From Octopus sinensis (Eukaryota), in NCBI RefSeq assembly GCF_006345805.1, contig NC_043001.1, forward strand, positions 41,788,001 through 41,852,000: a stretch of 64,000 bases of DNA. The letters run 5' to 3'. Each line of letters starts with the position of its first letter. Position 1 is the stretch's first letter. Under the pieces are notes generated by a model, which worked only from the letters and a program-made list of their open reading frames with translations, searched no databases and was not told where the DNA came from. Made by a program: the position numbers and the translations under genes. Positions 1 to 16,199 of the stretch are shown piece by piece.

Positions 1-572
1 TCACTAGTGATGGCAACATTATGCTTCCATTCATCTTCCCACACTATCTCAGACTCAACACGGAGGCCTACATCAAGTACCTGGAGGAGGTAGTGCTACC
101 CTGGGTCAAGAGGGTGGCTGCTGGAACACCTTGTGTCTGGCAACAGGACTCTGCACCATGCCACACAAGCAGGAGAACCCAGTCATGGTTGTCAGACAAT
201 TTCTGTGACCACATCACCCTTAACAACTGGCCATCTAACTCCCCAGACTGCAACCCCTTTGGTTATTATGTGTGAGATGCAGTTGAGCAAGAGACCAACA
301 AAACTCTTTGTAACACCAAAGATGAACTGAAGGCAAGGATTATGGCAACATTCACCAACTTAAACAAGGAGCCTGCCCAGAAGAGTTACAGGAGATTCCG
401 AAGTCATCTGGAGGTTGTGGTTGAAGCCAATGGCGATTTTATTGAATAAATTTACTCTTTAGTATTTCAAGATATTTTTATGTAATATTCGTAAATATAT
501 TTGTTAAAATGAGATCTCAGTATTATTTTCATTTTTGCGTAATTTAAACGAAAATTTATTCACTGCACCCTG
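1..572 (+). mobile_element. Tc1/mariner-superfamily (DD37D, maT-like) transposon, 3' part, degenerate
   Basis: ORF 21-275 has WQQDSAPCH...WPSNSPDCNPF(G)YYV, with 37 residues between the second D and the mutated third D position; ends CACTGCACCCTG|TA, a TIR-like end plus TA. Confidence 0.8.
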
Positions 573-582
573 TATATGTATA

Positions 583-627
<45 letters not shown>

Positions 628-636
628 TATATATAT

Positions 637-757
637 ACGACATGCTTCTTTCAATTTCCATCTATCAAATCCACTCTCAAGACACTTGCCCAAGGTGCCA
701 TGCAGTGGGACTGAACCTGGAACCATCTGGTTGGGAAATAAGCTTCTTACCACACAT
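637..757 (-). mobile_element. tRNA-derived SINE, 5' fragment
   Basis: Matches the SINE head seen at 50840-51001, 52137-52267 and 63540-63700 (gacacttgcccaagg...gggactgaacc...cttaccacaca). Confidence 0.7.
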
Positions 758-1330
758 CCACTTCTTCACTTATATATATATATATATATATACATACATA
801 CATATACATACATACACACACACACACGCATATATGTCTTGCCAACACAGAGCTACTAGATTATTACCCGATTATATATATATACATACATGCACACATA
901 CAAACAAAATGTGTTTTCATATGTATTTGGGTCTCCTTGTCTTGACATTGTGTGATAATTGTAAATGAGTGTCAAAAGTCGTGCAAGCAGTCTCATATAT
1001 TTCCAATATATTGTGAGAACATGTCTAGCCAAGGAGAAATATTACTTTGTTTGAAAACTGGTGAGGGCTGGTGACAGGAAGGGATCAATAACCTCAATAA
1101 ACTCCATCCAATTTATGCAAGCACTATGTCAAAGCAGACAGTGAAGCTCAGTGCAATCCTCAGGCTTGCCAGCTCCTCTCAAACCATCCAACCCATACCT
1201 TTTGTCTTTATTTTTGTTTTGCTTATGATTAAATGGTCTCTTCTCTAAAAGATGTTAATTGCTAAAAAAAATTTTTTTTTTTAATTGTTAGCACTCATAA
1301 TCTCTTTTTTGTTATTATTATTATTATTAA

Positions 1331-1725
1331 GGCAGTGAGCTGGCAGAATCGTTAGCATGCCGAGAAAAATGCTTAATGACATTTCATCTGTCTTTACGAT
1401 ATGAGTTCAAATTCCATTATGGTCAACTTTGTCTTTCATCCTTTTGGTGCCAATAAAATAATTCCTGACTTTGTGCCAGAATTTGAAACCATTAATATTA
1501 TCATTATAGAAGGTGGTGTGATGGTAGAACTGTTGGCATGCCAGATGAAATGCTTAGCAGTATTTCATCCGTCGCTACATTCTGAGTTCAAGTTCCACCA
1601 AGTCCTACTTTGCCTTTCATCTTTTTGGGGTTGATAAAATAAATACCAGTTGAACTCTGAGGTCAATGTAATTGACTCATCCCTTTCCCCAAAACTGCTA
1701 CCCTTTTGGCAAAATTTGAAACCAT
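1331..1725 (+). repeat. Two tandem copies of a SINE-like repeat
   Basis: Unit ggcagtgagctggcagaatcgttagcatgcc...gagttcaaattc...ctttcatccttt recurs at ~1331 and ~1512; inverted copies at 61975-62425 and a copy at 26174-26350. Confidence 0.7.
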
Positions 1726-1774
1726 TATTATTATACTTGTAGCTATTACCAACAAAATTATTATCTTTTTCTAG

Positions 1775-1918
1775 ATCATTGCGTTCATCATAGAAGGGCG
1801 AAACCAGAAACGTGGTCGGCGGCCAAATGCTAATGAATATAAGAAACTGCAAACTAATGTTGATGATGTAATGGTTTCTTTAGATAAGTCAACAACTGCA
1901 CAGAATTATATATATTAA
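1775..1918 (+). CDS. Terminal coding exon of a TGN38/TGOLN2- or KCT2(C5orf15)-like type I membrane protein (cytoplasmic tail)
   Basis: Acceptor tctttttctag| then IIAFIIEGRNQKRGRRPNANEYKKLQTNVDDVMVSLDKSTTAQNYIY*. Resembles the recalled TGN38 tail (IIAFxLEG..RRP...DYQRL) and the KCT2 tail end; YxxL sorting motif. Upstream exons lie outside the window. Confidence 0.8.
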   Translation: MIAFIIEGRNQKRGRRPNANEYKKLQTNVDDVMVSLDKSTTAQNYIY

Positions 1919-1950
1919 AATTAATTTTTTTTATATATTGAGTAATTCGG

Positions 1951-2015
<65 letters not shown>

Positions 2016-2750
2016 CATACTGACAATTTTCAACAAATTTCTTCTTTTTTTTCCAATTCACCACTAATCCATTCACCAGATTTTTTGTTCTCATACTGTG
2101 TAGAAACTAACATTTTTCTTTTTCCTGAAACTATTAGTACCTTTTTTAAACTTGTTTGCGTTTCATTTCAATTTTACAAGAGTTAACAAGTACTCTAAAT
2201 CAATTCTCTTTTCTGTTTTAGTTCAATTAAGTTTCTAATACATTGTGAAGAATACAAATAAATTATTTGTGGCTTTTCATTTGGATTCCTATTTCTGTTT
2301 CCAAACAATTTTATTTTAATTAAAATAAAAAAAACAAGTTGTTGTGCTATTGAGAAAATAAATTAAATTTATTTTCATTTATAAAAAAAGAAATCTTTCC
2401 TTTTTTAAAATTTACTTTTTTTTTTAACATTTTTGATTTTTGTTTTGAAACTTTGTATTTCATAAAATCAAGAGGGCGTTTATATATCATCCATTAAAAA
2501 ACAAAAACTGTAAAGAAAATTATATAAAATGTGATACATTATCAGCTGGGTTCTTTTTTTAATCTTTAGATGGTATTAGCTATATATTTATCCATTTTTT
2601 TCTAGAGAGGGTATGTAAATGGGCATTTATCCAAAAACATTGTGTACTGAGACAGCATACTGTGTTGAAGCGGTGAGAGTTAATGGAAAAGTATATGGAA
2701 GGCTGCTATTTTCCAAACCTATCTATAGGAAAATAATGTAAAACTATATT

Positions 2751-2781
<31 letters not shown>

Positions 2782-4470
2782 ATAATATATTTCAATTTAA
2801 GCTAAAATTATTTATGTTTAAGTGAAGAAAATTATTTTGATTTCTTACTAGAAAACTTCTGTTGAATGGACATTCAGTCTAAAGAGATGACCAAAATCAA
2901 CATGTCAGAACTTAACTATACTGATATTAAGTTTTTGAAAAAGCTTAAATTTACTTTATTTATAACTTTGCATTTTTAGAGTTTGTTATATCTATTGTAC
3001 GCTTGTGTATCTATCTCACCAGTTCTTACAATAGCCTTTAATAAATCATACAACCAGCAGCAGATGAGTGTTAACCTATATATATTTTTACCTTACTTTT
3101 TACTAATTCTATTATGGCAATTGATAACATTAATTATATTTTGATAAAAAAAATTTGAGAATTTAATGTAACTTGGGGGTTAAGGAAAAGTGTTGTGAAC
3201 TGTATTAGTCAAAAAGCCTTAAAAGTTACTACTAAATTTGTACTAACAAAAATAATTTTTCACAATTTTGGAGAAAAAAAAGATAAGGTATTAATTCAAA
3301 ATTACAACTTTTGGCTTTTTCTTACCTTCTTACATTTTTTTTTTGTTTTTCTAAATTTTACTTTCCTTTCATCACCTCACTTTTCATTTTGAACACCTTA
3401 TTGTATTGTCATGAATTCTGCAATTTTTTCCAAATTATACTAACACTGTGAAATGAAGCCTGCCAAGTAATATCTCCTCTAGGAGTGCTTACTTTAAGTC
3501 TTAATACTTCAGTTTGTTACATAAAGGTGCACATGCACTCACACATACACGCACACTATAAATACTTTTGTTTGTACTATTATGTATGCCTTTTGATCAT
3601 TCATGTTTTCTATTTCATATCACATTTCTTTGAAATATGTTTGTTTCTATCCAAAGTTTTTTTGTTTTTTTTACTAACAAAACAATCCTAAATTGACACA
3701 TTGTTCTCTGCTGTATGAGACAGTGGTCCTGACAGCTAAGATTATACTTGTTTTAAATTACTTAACTGCACATTCATGCACACATGGAGAACTCCAATAT
3801 CTAAAGAAAACTTTTATACAAAATTCATATATTTTATGTACATAAATGACCATTATCAGATACTTAAATGTTGCAAATATTGAAATTTTACCATGATAAT
3901 TATAAAAACTCTACTTAAAGTTTATTTATATTCTTTTAATTGAATTAATCTCTCAGAATGCAAGGGTTTGTTGATATTATTGTATACTTTATTTTGTTAA
4001 TAATCCCATTCATATAGTTTAGGATTTTCATGTTTTACTAAGGTGTAGGATAGATTTGAAGGCAAATTAATTTTAAGCTATGCATTTGTTCTTTTTCTGT
4101 TACATTTATTTCATAATAGAGAGTCATTGCTTTGCACTTTCTAGAAAATAGTAAAATATAAAACAATTCATGTTTTTTTTTTGTTTTGTTTTGTTTTTAC
4201 ATATTTTACATATGGATTAGTAAAGGAAGCTTCATGGTAGTTTTTAAGAATATGATTGTCTTTAGTTCTGATCTAATACATGTTTCTTTGAGGCACTATA
4301 AGCTTCAAGAGTTTATGCAAGTGCTGCTTGTTATTTATGTACACACATGTGTGTGCATCTGTGTTATATTTGTTAAAAAAACTCCATTATTTTGAAATCT
4401 GTATATAGGTTTCTACATTTCTGAAAGCATTTCCTTTCTTTTTTTAATGTTAAATACAAAATTAACTGTG
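1919..4470 (+). other. Probable 3' UTR of the TGN38/KCT2-like gene
   Basis: TE-free, U-rich tract after the stop codon with several AATAAA; the end point is uncertain. Confidence 0.45.
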
Positions 4471-4472
4471 TA

Positions 4473-6690
<2,218 letters not shown>

Positions 6691-6740
6691 TGTGTTCGTA
6701 CATGTATGTATGTATGTATGTATGTATGTATGTGTATATA

Positions 6741-6790
<50 letters not shown>

Positions 6791-7425
6791 TTATTATAGC
6801 TACCATTCCATAAAGCTTTATAAAAAAATATTTGCTAGCAAGCCTTCAACCTTAGTCAGACACGTACTTATGAGATATCAGCAAAAACAAGTAAATTTAA
6901 AATTCTAATAAAATTTAACTATTCACTTAAGTATAAAACAATTATATATATTTCTAAGAACCAAGTTTTATCAAAAGATGACATGTATATCATTAATGTT
7001 TAAAGAATATATGTTTTGTCTTTCAAGTTATCTTAACATGTAAAAAATTTCATAGGAATGTCTTCAAAATAATTTGTCTAAGAAATATAAAAGTGTTGAA
7101 AAAGCATTGCAGCTCTTACATTTATGGGTGAAATAATGTGCTCATTAGCATTACAATACATAAGGGTGTGTGTCACAAGTCTATTTATAGACTGTGATAT
7201 GTTTGTTTTTTATAAACAGCTTATGCCCAAATATGCTATAAATTTAATGAGGGTTATTTTATTTGGTTAATTCTTATCGGTTTTTTCAAATTCTTTTATT
7301 TACAAAACTTATTTTAAAAATCTGTATTTTATTCATATGAGTATATATCTGTACATATGTATGTGTGTGTGTATGTATATGTGTGTATATACATGTGTGT
7401 GTGTATGTATATGTGTGTATATACA

Positions 7426-7459
<34 letters not shown>

Positions 7460-7503
7460 ATATACACACGTATGCATATATACAAGGCTAGGTATACATA
7501 ATT

Positions 7504-7687
7504 GTCATCACATAGTTTTCCTTATTGTAGTAAATTTGATTACAGTTATTTCCAGTAGTCATTATTGGTTCGTTATTGGTAGGTTTAGTCAGCCTCTTGG
7601 TCGGTTAAGTAATCCTATCAACATTGAACCTATAATGACTGGAAACAGCTGTAAGTCAAATTTACTACAATAAAGATATGTAATGAC
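7504..7687. repeat. Fold-back inverted repeat made from the 3' half of an HHR-bearing repeat
   Basis: ttattgtagtaaatttgattacagttatttccagtagtcattat... pairs with ...ataatgactggaaacagctgtaagtcaaatttactacaataa; homologous to 18245-18340. Confidence 0.75.
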
Positions 7688-7699
7688 TATTATTTATGT

Positions 7700-7884
7700 A
7701 TGTATGTGTATGTGTGTGTGTGTGTGTATACATATATATATATACATTTATATATATACATATATATGTATATTATATACATATATATGTATACATATAC
7801 ATTATATATATACATATATATGTATATATATATACATATATATGTATATATATATATACATATACATATACATATATATATATA

Positions 7885-7960
<76 letters not shown>

Positions 7961-8186
7961 TATATATACATATATATATATACATAATATATATATATAC
8001 ATATATATAATATATATATATATATATACATATATATATACATATATACATATACATATATATACATATATATATACATACATATATATATACACATATA
8101 TACATACATTATACATTATATATATACACATATATATATATATACATATATATATATACACACACACACACACACCACACACACAT

Positions 8187-8225
<39 letters not shown>
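7700..8225. repeat. Compound (TA)n/(CA)n microsatellite
   Basis: Directly visible; source of spurious YI-rich ORFs. Confidence 0.95.
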
Positions 8226-8230
<5 letters not shown>

Positions 8231-8649
8231 AATTCAGTAGTAGTAATAGTAATAATAATAATAACAGTAATAAAGGTTAAAGTAATACCACATGTTCTGT
8301 CTGTTTTCTGTTTCTAATATATTTATACCTGCTCCATGATGAACCATTTCTGGCCAGATTTGTTAGTCAGCTTCACTTGTTTTCAGTTGCAGTTCAGGTT
8401 GGAGTTTTAGTGGGAAACCAAACTGAGCACTTATAGTACATACCTATTACATTACTTCATTGGACAAAAATCCTTTGTATGCATGTATGTATTAGGTTGA
8501 TGGTTTGTGAAAAGAGAGAGTTTGATGTTTTGCGTGTAACTCTTCGTTAGAAAGGGAAAAGTATAAAGAAGGAAAAGAAATCCCTCATAGCTTGTGTGTG
8601 GTTACATTATATATGTACATATACATGTGTGTGTGTGTGTGTGTGTGTG

Positions 8650-9030
8650 TTGGTGTCCTTTCAGTGTCCAATGATGACAAAGTGTTTATTCTCAGCAATG
8701 AGAGCACATGTGACTCCACAGTCCAAACCTGGAAGCAAACTGGCACCTGCAGATATCACAGCGATAGTCAATTGATTGGATTGAGGCAGATGCTGCCCTG
8801 TGGCCTCTTTCTTTTGCAGAATTTAGATGCTGTTCGCTGGTCATTTTTTAAGGTATCTGCTGCTCATGAGTTGAGAGACCTCTAGAATGGACTGTCTGTG
8901 GCAGAGGCTTCAAGTTCATGTGGACTAATGCTGCTCCATTTGCAGTTTCTTTTCAGAGTGTCTTTGTACCTCAGTTTAGACTTCCCTTGGTTGTGTGAGC
9001 TCACCATACAACTGCTGTCTTCAGCAACAT
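8650..9030 (-). mobile_element. RTE/BovB-like LINE 3' fragment
   Basis: Minus strand reads QLYGEL..., KLRYKDTLKRN... and a C-terminal Cys/His stretch, with frameshifts. Confidence 0.6.
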
Positions 9031-9389
9031 TGACTCAATGTACACATGCACACACATATGTGCATATATATATATGTATATGTTTGTATATATGTGTGTG
9101 TATGTATGTATGTGTTTTTATGTATATATATATATCTCACTAAATGTTTTTAATCTCATTTGTATTAAGGAACATTGTATATTTTGGCATTATTTCAAAT
9201 AAACTGTGATACATAAATAACTTGTTATATTGTTTGCTTACTTTTCTTCATTTTGTCATTAGCATCATGATGATTAATTGGTTTTCTGTTAAAAAGTAAG
9301 AGAGAAAGGTACTAACCACTGTTTAATTTGTAGCTCCTAATCTTTGACTAAAATATTTTTAGAATAGAAAGTGTCATGGTTATGAACAT

Positions 9390-10860
9390 TTCAGAAAGAG
9401 TCAGAGCTTGTCTAATTAGGAAGAGAGTTAACCTAGATGAGATCCAGTTTTGTTTTGTATCAAGGTGAAGTATTACAGATCCTATCTTCCCAGTAAGGCA
9501 ACTGCAGGAGAAGTATTTAGCAAAAAATAAACTGCTATACCTGGCATTTGTTGACGTGGAAAAGGCCTTTGTCAGGGTCCTTCGTTCTTTCATCTGGTAA
9601 TCAATTTTGAAGCTAGGGGTAGAGGAGTGGTTGGTGAGAGCTATCCAAGCCATGTATAGGAATGCTGTAAGGTAAAAGTCAGCAATGAGTATAGCTATGA
9701 ATTTAGTGTGCAGGTAGGTGTTCACCAAGGATCAGTTCTTAGCACCTTCTTGTTCATTATAGTCCTCCAGGCCATGACAAAGGAATTTAAGCACTTTTTG
9801 GTGCTCCTCTATGCTGATGACCATGTTCTTATAACTGAATCTCTACTAGAATTAGAGAAGAAAGTTCAGGTGTGGAAGCAAGGATGGGAATTTAAAGGCC
9901 TTATAGTTAATTTAGCAAAGCCCAAAGTACTAGTAAGCAGGGAAGCAGACAAATTACTAATCCCATCAGGGAAATGGCTCTTCCCAGTAGGTAAAAAAAA
10001 TGTGTAAGTAGAAATTCCCAAATTGGGACGACTCACCACCACCGACTCAACACCAAGAAAATTTATTGATAAAAATTTTTTTGTATTATAACCTTATCAG
10101 AAATTTATAAAAAGATTATAGATTAATCTTAATACATGGCTTGAATAAAAAAAAAAGCAGAACTTTTAAAATTCGAAACATTATCAGAAATTTATAAAAA
10201 GATAAATCTTTTACAAGAGGATGTTGCTCGGGAAAGACCGGACAAATAACCATGCTGAAGCAGCAAATAGAAGACTCCAAACAGAGCTGGGAATGGAGCA
10301 CCCCACAATATGGAGATTCATAAATGGGCTACATAAGGTGCAAAGAAACAGAGATGCATTTTTTGAGCAATTGATTGGAGGTCATCCCCCTCCCTCTAAA
10401 CTGAAACAGTATATGAAGGCAGATGATAGAATTCTGCGTATTGTTTCATCTTTTTCAGAACTATCTCCTACAATATTTGAAGGGAATTGCATACAACTTT
10501 CAGTAAATTTCTCATTTAAATTTTAGCCTTGTATTAAAACTGTATAGTTTCTCAATTACTTTTATTTGAATTTTTAAATTTATGTCATGTATTAAATTAA
10601 TCTTTTATAAATACCCGATAATGTTATAAAATGAATTAATTATTTATTAATCACTTTTCCTGATGTTGAGTTGTCCTGCACACAGAAATTCCATATGTAA
10701 GCTGTGAACACATAAGGAATGCAGTGGAATCATAGGAAGATTAATAGAATAAGTAGTTTTTGTGTGTGGCAGTGAAACATGGGCCATGACTGCTGAGGAC
10801 ATGCATAGGCTTGAAAGAAAAGAATGTTGCTTGACATGTGATATGTCATTGTGCTTACAC
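9390..10860 (+). mobile_element. RTE LINE reverse-transcriptase fragment interrupted by a Mutator element
   Basis: QVGVHQGSVLS...LLYADD; homologous to 13500-14520. Confidence 0.85.
10019..10683 (+). mobile_element. Internally deleted Mutator-like (MULE) DNA transposon
   Basis: 9-bp TSD AGAAATTCC at 10010-10018 and 10684-10692; degenerate TIRs (gactcaacaccaagaaaa / ttttcctgatgttgagttgtc); ORF 10221-10526 has the MULE RTNNxxE...HPTIWRFI motif. Confidence 0.85.
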
Positions 10861-10989
10861 AATAGAGTGCTTACACAATAGAGTGTTTACACAATACAGT
10901 GTTTACATTAAACTCACCTCTGATAGGGATAACGATTTTAACATGTTTAAATGTAGGTTAAATTGGGAACAACTGATGTGACATGTCTG

Positions 10990-13900
10990 TTACCAAACAA
11001 TCATTGAAACCTTTTCAGGTGCTAAATACCATCTCTTCTTCCCATGTTACTGCCCACGACCCTTTCAGAATTAGCACTGTCAATGTAGACACATTGAAAG
11101 GTAGGCCTAGCAAGATTGTTGAGATGCTTGAATGGAAGCATGTTGATGTAAGTTGCATTCAAGAGATAAGGTGGAGCAGAGCTTCAGCTGGGTTCCCCAC
11201 AGGTAAGACACATAGGTATACAATCTTCTTGGAAGATAACAGCTACAGGATAGGTGATGTGGAAATATTTCTTGCAGAGAAATAGGTAGATAAGGTCATA
11301 GAGGTAGTCAGATTGTGTTATAGAGTACTTAAGCTCAGGCTAGTCTTGCACAATAATATGGCAACAATTATCTCTGCCTATGCCCCACAAACAGGTCTAC
11401 CAAATGAACAAAAGGACCACTTTTATGATATTCTTCTGCAAGCTACCTCAAAGACAAGTGACAATGATCTCATCTTTGTGGCTGGGGATTTCAATGGGTA
11501 TATTGGACAGCAGCCTGGTATCTTCCATGGTGTACATGGGGGCCATGGAATTGGCTCCCGAAACGAAGAGGAAACAAGGTTACTGGAGTTATATGATGCA
11601 AATAACCTATTGATCTACAACAACAATATCAGGAAGTCAGCCAGCCACCTGATAACCTACCAATCGGGTGACTGTGCTAGCAACATCAATTACATTCTCA
11701 CCAGACAGTGGGATGCATGGTTGATCCTAAATACAAAAATATTCCCTGGTGAAGAATGTACCCCACCAGCATAGACTAGTCATTAGTGATTTTAGACTCG
11801 AGGTCAGAAAGATGTCGAGAAGCAGACGGATTTGGAAATTTAAAGACCCTTCATATGGTCAGAGATTTAGGGACATCTTGAGAAAGTTGATGAGAGGGAG
11901 GAGGAACTACAGAATTGTGACATAGAGGGCAACTGAGAATTCCTGCAGGACAGCTTGCTGAGTGCCACAGACCAAATCTGCAGCTGGTGCCCAGTCCCAT
12001 CTAGACATAGGGTAACATTAGTGGTGGAACAATGTGGCAGACAGGGCCATTAGAGCAAAGAAACAGGTTTGGAAGAGTGGGGGTAGCAGGGAACTGTATC
12101 AGATAGTCAGAAGGGACATTAGGAGACAGGTATATCTAGCCAAGGGAGAAGCAGAAAAGTTTGTCTATGTTCAGTGATGTGAGGACCAAAGAACTGAAGT
12201 GTTTCAGATTGCAAGGCAGATGTGAGAGAAAATCATGATGTCATGGGAGAGAAATGTGTCCGCATGGATAATGGTGCACTTGCATTTAATGATTCTGTAG
12301 AGAAAGAGGCTTGGAAATGCCATTATGAAAGACTACGGAATGTGAAAAATGAATGGGAGGAAGAGAATCTGCCAAATGTTGACCCAACTTCAGGAAGCCA
12401 TCCAGCCACCTGATAAACAACCAATCAGGTGCCTATGCTAGCCAGATCGATTAAATTCTCACCAGACAACAGGATGCATGGTTGCTCCTAAATACAAAGA
12501 TCCTCCATGGTTGCTCCTAAATGTAAAGATCCTCCCTGGTGAAGAATGCACCCCCCCCCCCCCAGCATAGACTATTCATTAGTGACTTTAGATTCCAGGC
12601 TAGAAAGATGCCAAAAAACAGACCAATCTGGAAAAGAAGGATCTGGAAGCTTAAGGACCTTTCATATAGTCAGAGATTTAGGGATATCGTAATTGAAACA
12701 TTTGATGAGGGGGAGGAGGAGCTACAGATTGTAGCATAGAGGGCAACTGGGTATTCCTGCAGGTCAGCTTACTGAGTGATACAGACCAAATTGTGGATGA
12801 TGCAGAGTCCCGTCCAGACATAGGGTGATGAGGTGGTGGACAGGGCCATTAGAGCAAAGAAACAAGCCTGGAAGGCCTGGCAGAGTTGGGGATAGTAGGC
12901 AACTGTATCAGATAACCAGAAGGGAAGCTAGAAGACAGGTATATCTAGCCAAGGGAGGAGCAGAAAAGAAGTTTGCCTATGTTCAGCAATGTGAGGACCA
13001 AAGACTTGGAGTATTTTGGATTGCAAGACAGTGTGTGAGAGAAAATTGTGATGTCATAGGAGAGAAATGTGTCCACATGAATGATGGTGTACTTGCATTT
13101 AATGATTCTGCAAAGAGAGAGGCTTGGAAATGTCATTATGAAAAACTGCTAAACGTGAAGAATGGATGGGAGGAGGAGAGTCTGCCGAATGTTGACCCAA
13201 TTGAGGGACCAGCTATCTGAATCGACAGTTGCTTAGATAAAGCAATTAAGGATATGAAGGCAAGGAAAACTCCAGCCCATCAGGAACCACCACTGAGATG
13301 TTTAAAATATCTGGCGGTGTGGGTTATGATCTAGTCACCTGTATTGTAAATCAGATGGTTCATGAAGGAGTCATATCCAATGACTGGTGTAGCAGCACCA
13401 TAGTCAACTGCTACAAAGGTAAAGGTGTTGCCTTTGATAGAAATAATTACAGAGGTATCAAATTGTTGGATCAGGTGATGAAAGTTACAGAGAGGGTCAT
13501 AGCCCAACTAATTAGGGAGAGAGATAGTCTTGATGAAATGCAGTTTGGTTTTGTGCTAGGGTGGAGTACCACTGATGCTATATTTCTGGTAAGGCAGCTG
13601 CAGGAGAAATACATAGCTAAAGATAAACCTCTGTACTTGGCTTTTATTGACTCAGAGAAAGCCTTTGGCAGGTCCTGCGATCCCTTATCTGGTAGTCAAT
13701 GCAGAAACTGGGGATAGACAAGTGGTTGGTGAGAACTGTACAAGCCATGTACAGAGAAACTACCAGTAAGGTGAGGGTTGGCAATGAATACAGCAAAGAA
13801 TTCAGGGTACAAATAGGGGTTCACCAAGGATCAGTCCTCAGCTCCCTTTTGTTCATCATAGTTCTTCTCCAGGCAATAACAGAGGAATTTAAGGCAGGCT

Positions 13901-15192
13901 GTCCCTGGGAGCTCCTCTATACTGATGACTTGTTCTTATAGCTGAATCACTACCAGAACTAGAGAAGTTTCAGATATGGAAACAAGGTCTAGAATCGAAG
14001 GGCCTTAGAGTTAACCTAGCAAAAAACCAAAGTCATAATAAGTAGGGAGGCAAACAAATCCCTCCAAGTAGATAGCCATGCCCAATCTGTAAAAAAGGTG
14101 TAGGTAGAAACTCTGTAAGATGTACCCGGTGTAAGCTATAGATACATAAGAGGTGCATCAATATCAGAGGATGGTCATCAGGAAAAATAGCTTTTGTGTG
14201 TGGAAGATGCAGAGGTACAATAAACTCTGAAAATGTACAGAAAATAGGTTCCATCAAATGCCAGCTTCCGTTATTTAGGTGACCAAGTCAGTAGTGGAGG
14301 TGGATGCTCCTAGAGTGTAGCTGCTTGAATAAGATTAGGCTAGGCAAAGTTCAGAGAGCTGCTACCTCTGTTGGCATCAAAGAGCTTCTCCCTCAGAGTG
14401 AAAGACAGATTGTATGATGCCTGTGTGCAAACGGCTATGCTACATGGCAGTTAAACATGGACTGTGACAGCCAAGGACATGCGTAGGCTTGAAAGAAATG
14501 AAGATAGCATGCTTCACTGGATGTGCACTGCCAGTGTGTATATGTGACAAAGTATAAGCCTCTCAAGAGAAAAGTTGCACATAAGAAACATCAGATGTGG
14601 TGTGCAAGAGAGATGACTGCACTGGTATGGTCATGTGATGCATATGGACAAGGACAACAGTGTGAAGAAGTGCCAATCTCCAACTGTGGTAGAGGTAGAC
14701 CTAGGAAGATATGGGACAAGGTGATGAAGCATGATCTTTGAATTTTGGGCCTCACAGAGACAATGACTAGTGACCAAGACCTTTGGCAATATGCTGTGCT
14801 TGAGAAGACCTGTCAACCCAAATGAAATTTTAGTCATGACCAATGCTGGAATCACATAACTGGCACCCATGCTGGTGGCACATAAAAAGTACCTTTTGAG
14901 TGTTTGGCCTCACGGAGGCAATGACTGAGATCTTTGGCACCATATCGTGCTTGAGAAGAAACCCCATCAAGCCAAGTAAAATCACAGTCGTGACAAACAC
15001 TGGTGTCATGCAAATGGCACCCATGCTGGTGGCACATAAAAGCACTCATTACACTCTCAAAGTGGTTGGTGTTAGGAAGGGCACCCATGCCAAATCAGAC
15101 TGGAGTCTGGTACAGCCTGCCAGCCCTGGTCAAACCATCCAATCCATGCCAGCATAGACAACAGATGTTAAATGATGATGATGATGATGATG
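10990..15192 (+). mobile_element. Near full-length degenerate RTE LINE (APE + RT + 3' UTR with (GAT)n tail), internal tandem duplication
   Basis: APE motifs (CIQEIRW, ISAYAP, AGDFNG) and RT motifs (NYRGIKLL, QFGF, HQGSVLS, LLYTDD) with many stops; (GAT)n tail at ~15173-15192. Confidence 0.9.
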
Positions 15193-16075
15193 ATATGTGT
15201 ATATATGTGTGTGTATGTATATATGTATGTATATATATATATATGAAGAAGAAGAAAAGGCAAAATAAAAAAGCTTCTAACAATGCAGAAAGTTTTACAG
15301 AAACCTTTATATTTCAGTAATAACTTTATTGAGAAATTTTGAAGTATTGAAATGAGTTGCATTAAGTGATTCCTCATGCTTGTTAATACAGTTTTTAGTG
15401 TTTCTATATATTTTCTATATTTTCTAACAAACCATATATTACAAAATTTATTACCTGATTTATAGAGAGTAGAGTTTCTAATGATTGATCAAGATAGTGT
15501 GTATTTTATATTTTTATCCTTTAACACTCAAATAAGAGTGATAAGGATGTATTGCTTGATTAACTTATATATTTGAAAGAAGATTTGTGGTTATAATGTC
15601 TTAATTTAAATTTCATAGATGTGGCACCTATATATTTGTATGTTTTTTGTTTTGGTGAGTATGGATGGAGCATTTATAAAATATATTTTCCAGAAGACAT
15701 TTATTATTTAAAGGATAAGATGTTTTTATTTGATGATTATGTAATTTAATTGAATTTGGTCTTAGTATGTTATTGTTATTGAAATTATTGTTATATGATC
15801 TATTTTCAATAAGATACACACATATATAGTCACACAGAGTTGAAATGCTGATTTTTTTTCACCCTGTCCTTCATTATTCATTTATCACCCCTTCCTTTCT
15901 TATTCATATGTTGTGGTGGAGAAAAATAGAAGATACACGACATGCTCATTGCCACTTCCCCTCACTCCCTCTCAATCAAGGTTATTACTCTCACTACTTC
16001 TTCACTGAATTACTATTTTCTCTCCTCTCCCTTCACTTATGCTACTTTTTCTCCTACTCCGTCCTGCGTGATTTT

Positions 16076-16112
<37 letters not shown>

Positions 16113-16199
16113 TATTAGAGACAAAACCACTATTTTGCAAAACAAACAAGGAAAGACTTAATCAATACATAAAATTTTAATAAATAGTCAAAAAAAACG

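Noticed and set aside
7683-8198. Long Y/I/C/V/H/T-rich ORFs here and at many other sites
   Set aside because: They are translations of (TA)n/(CA)n microsatellites.
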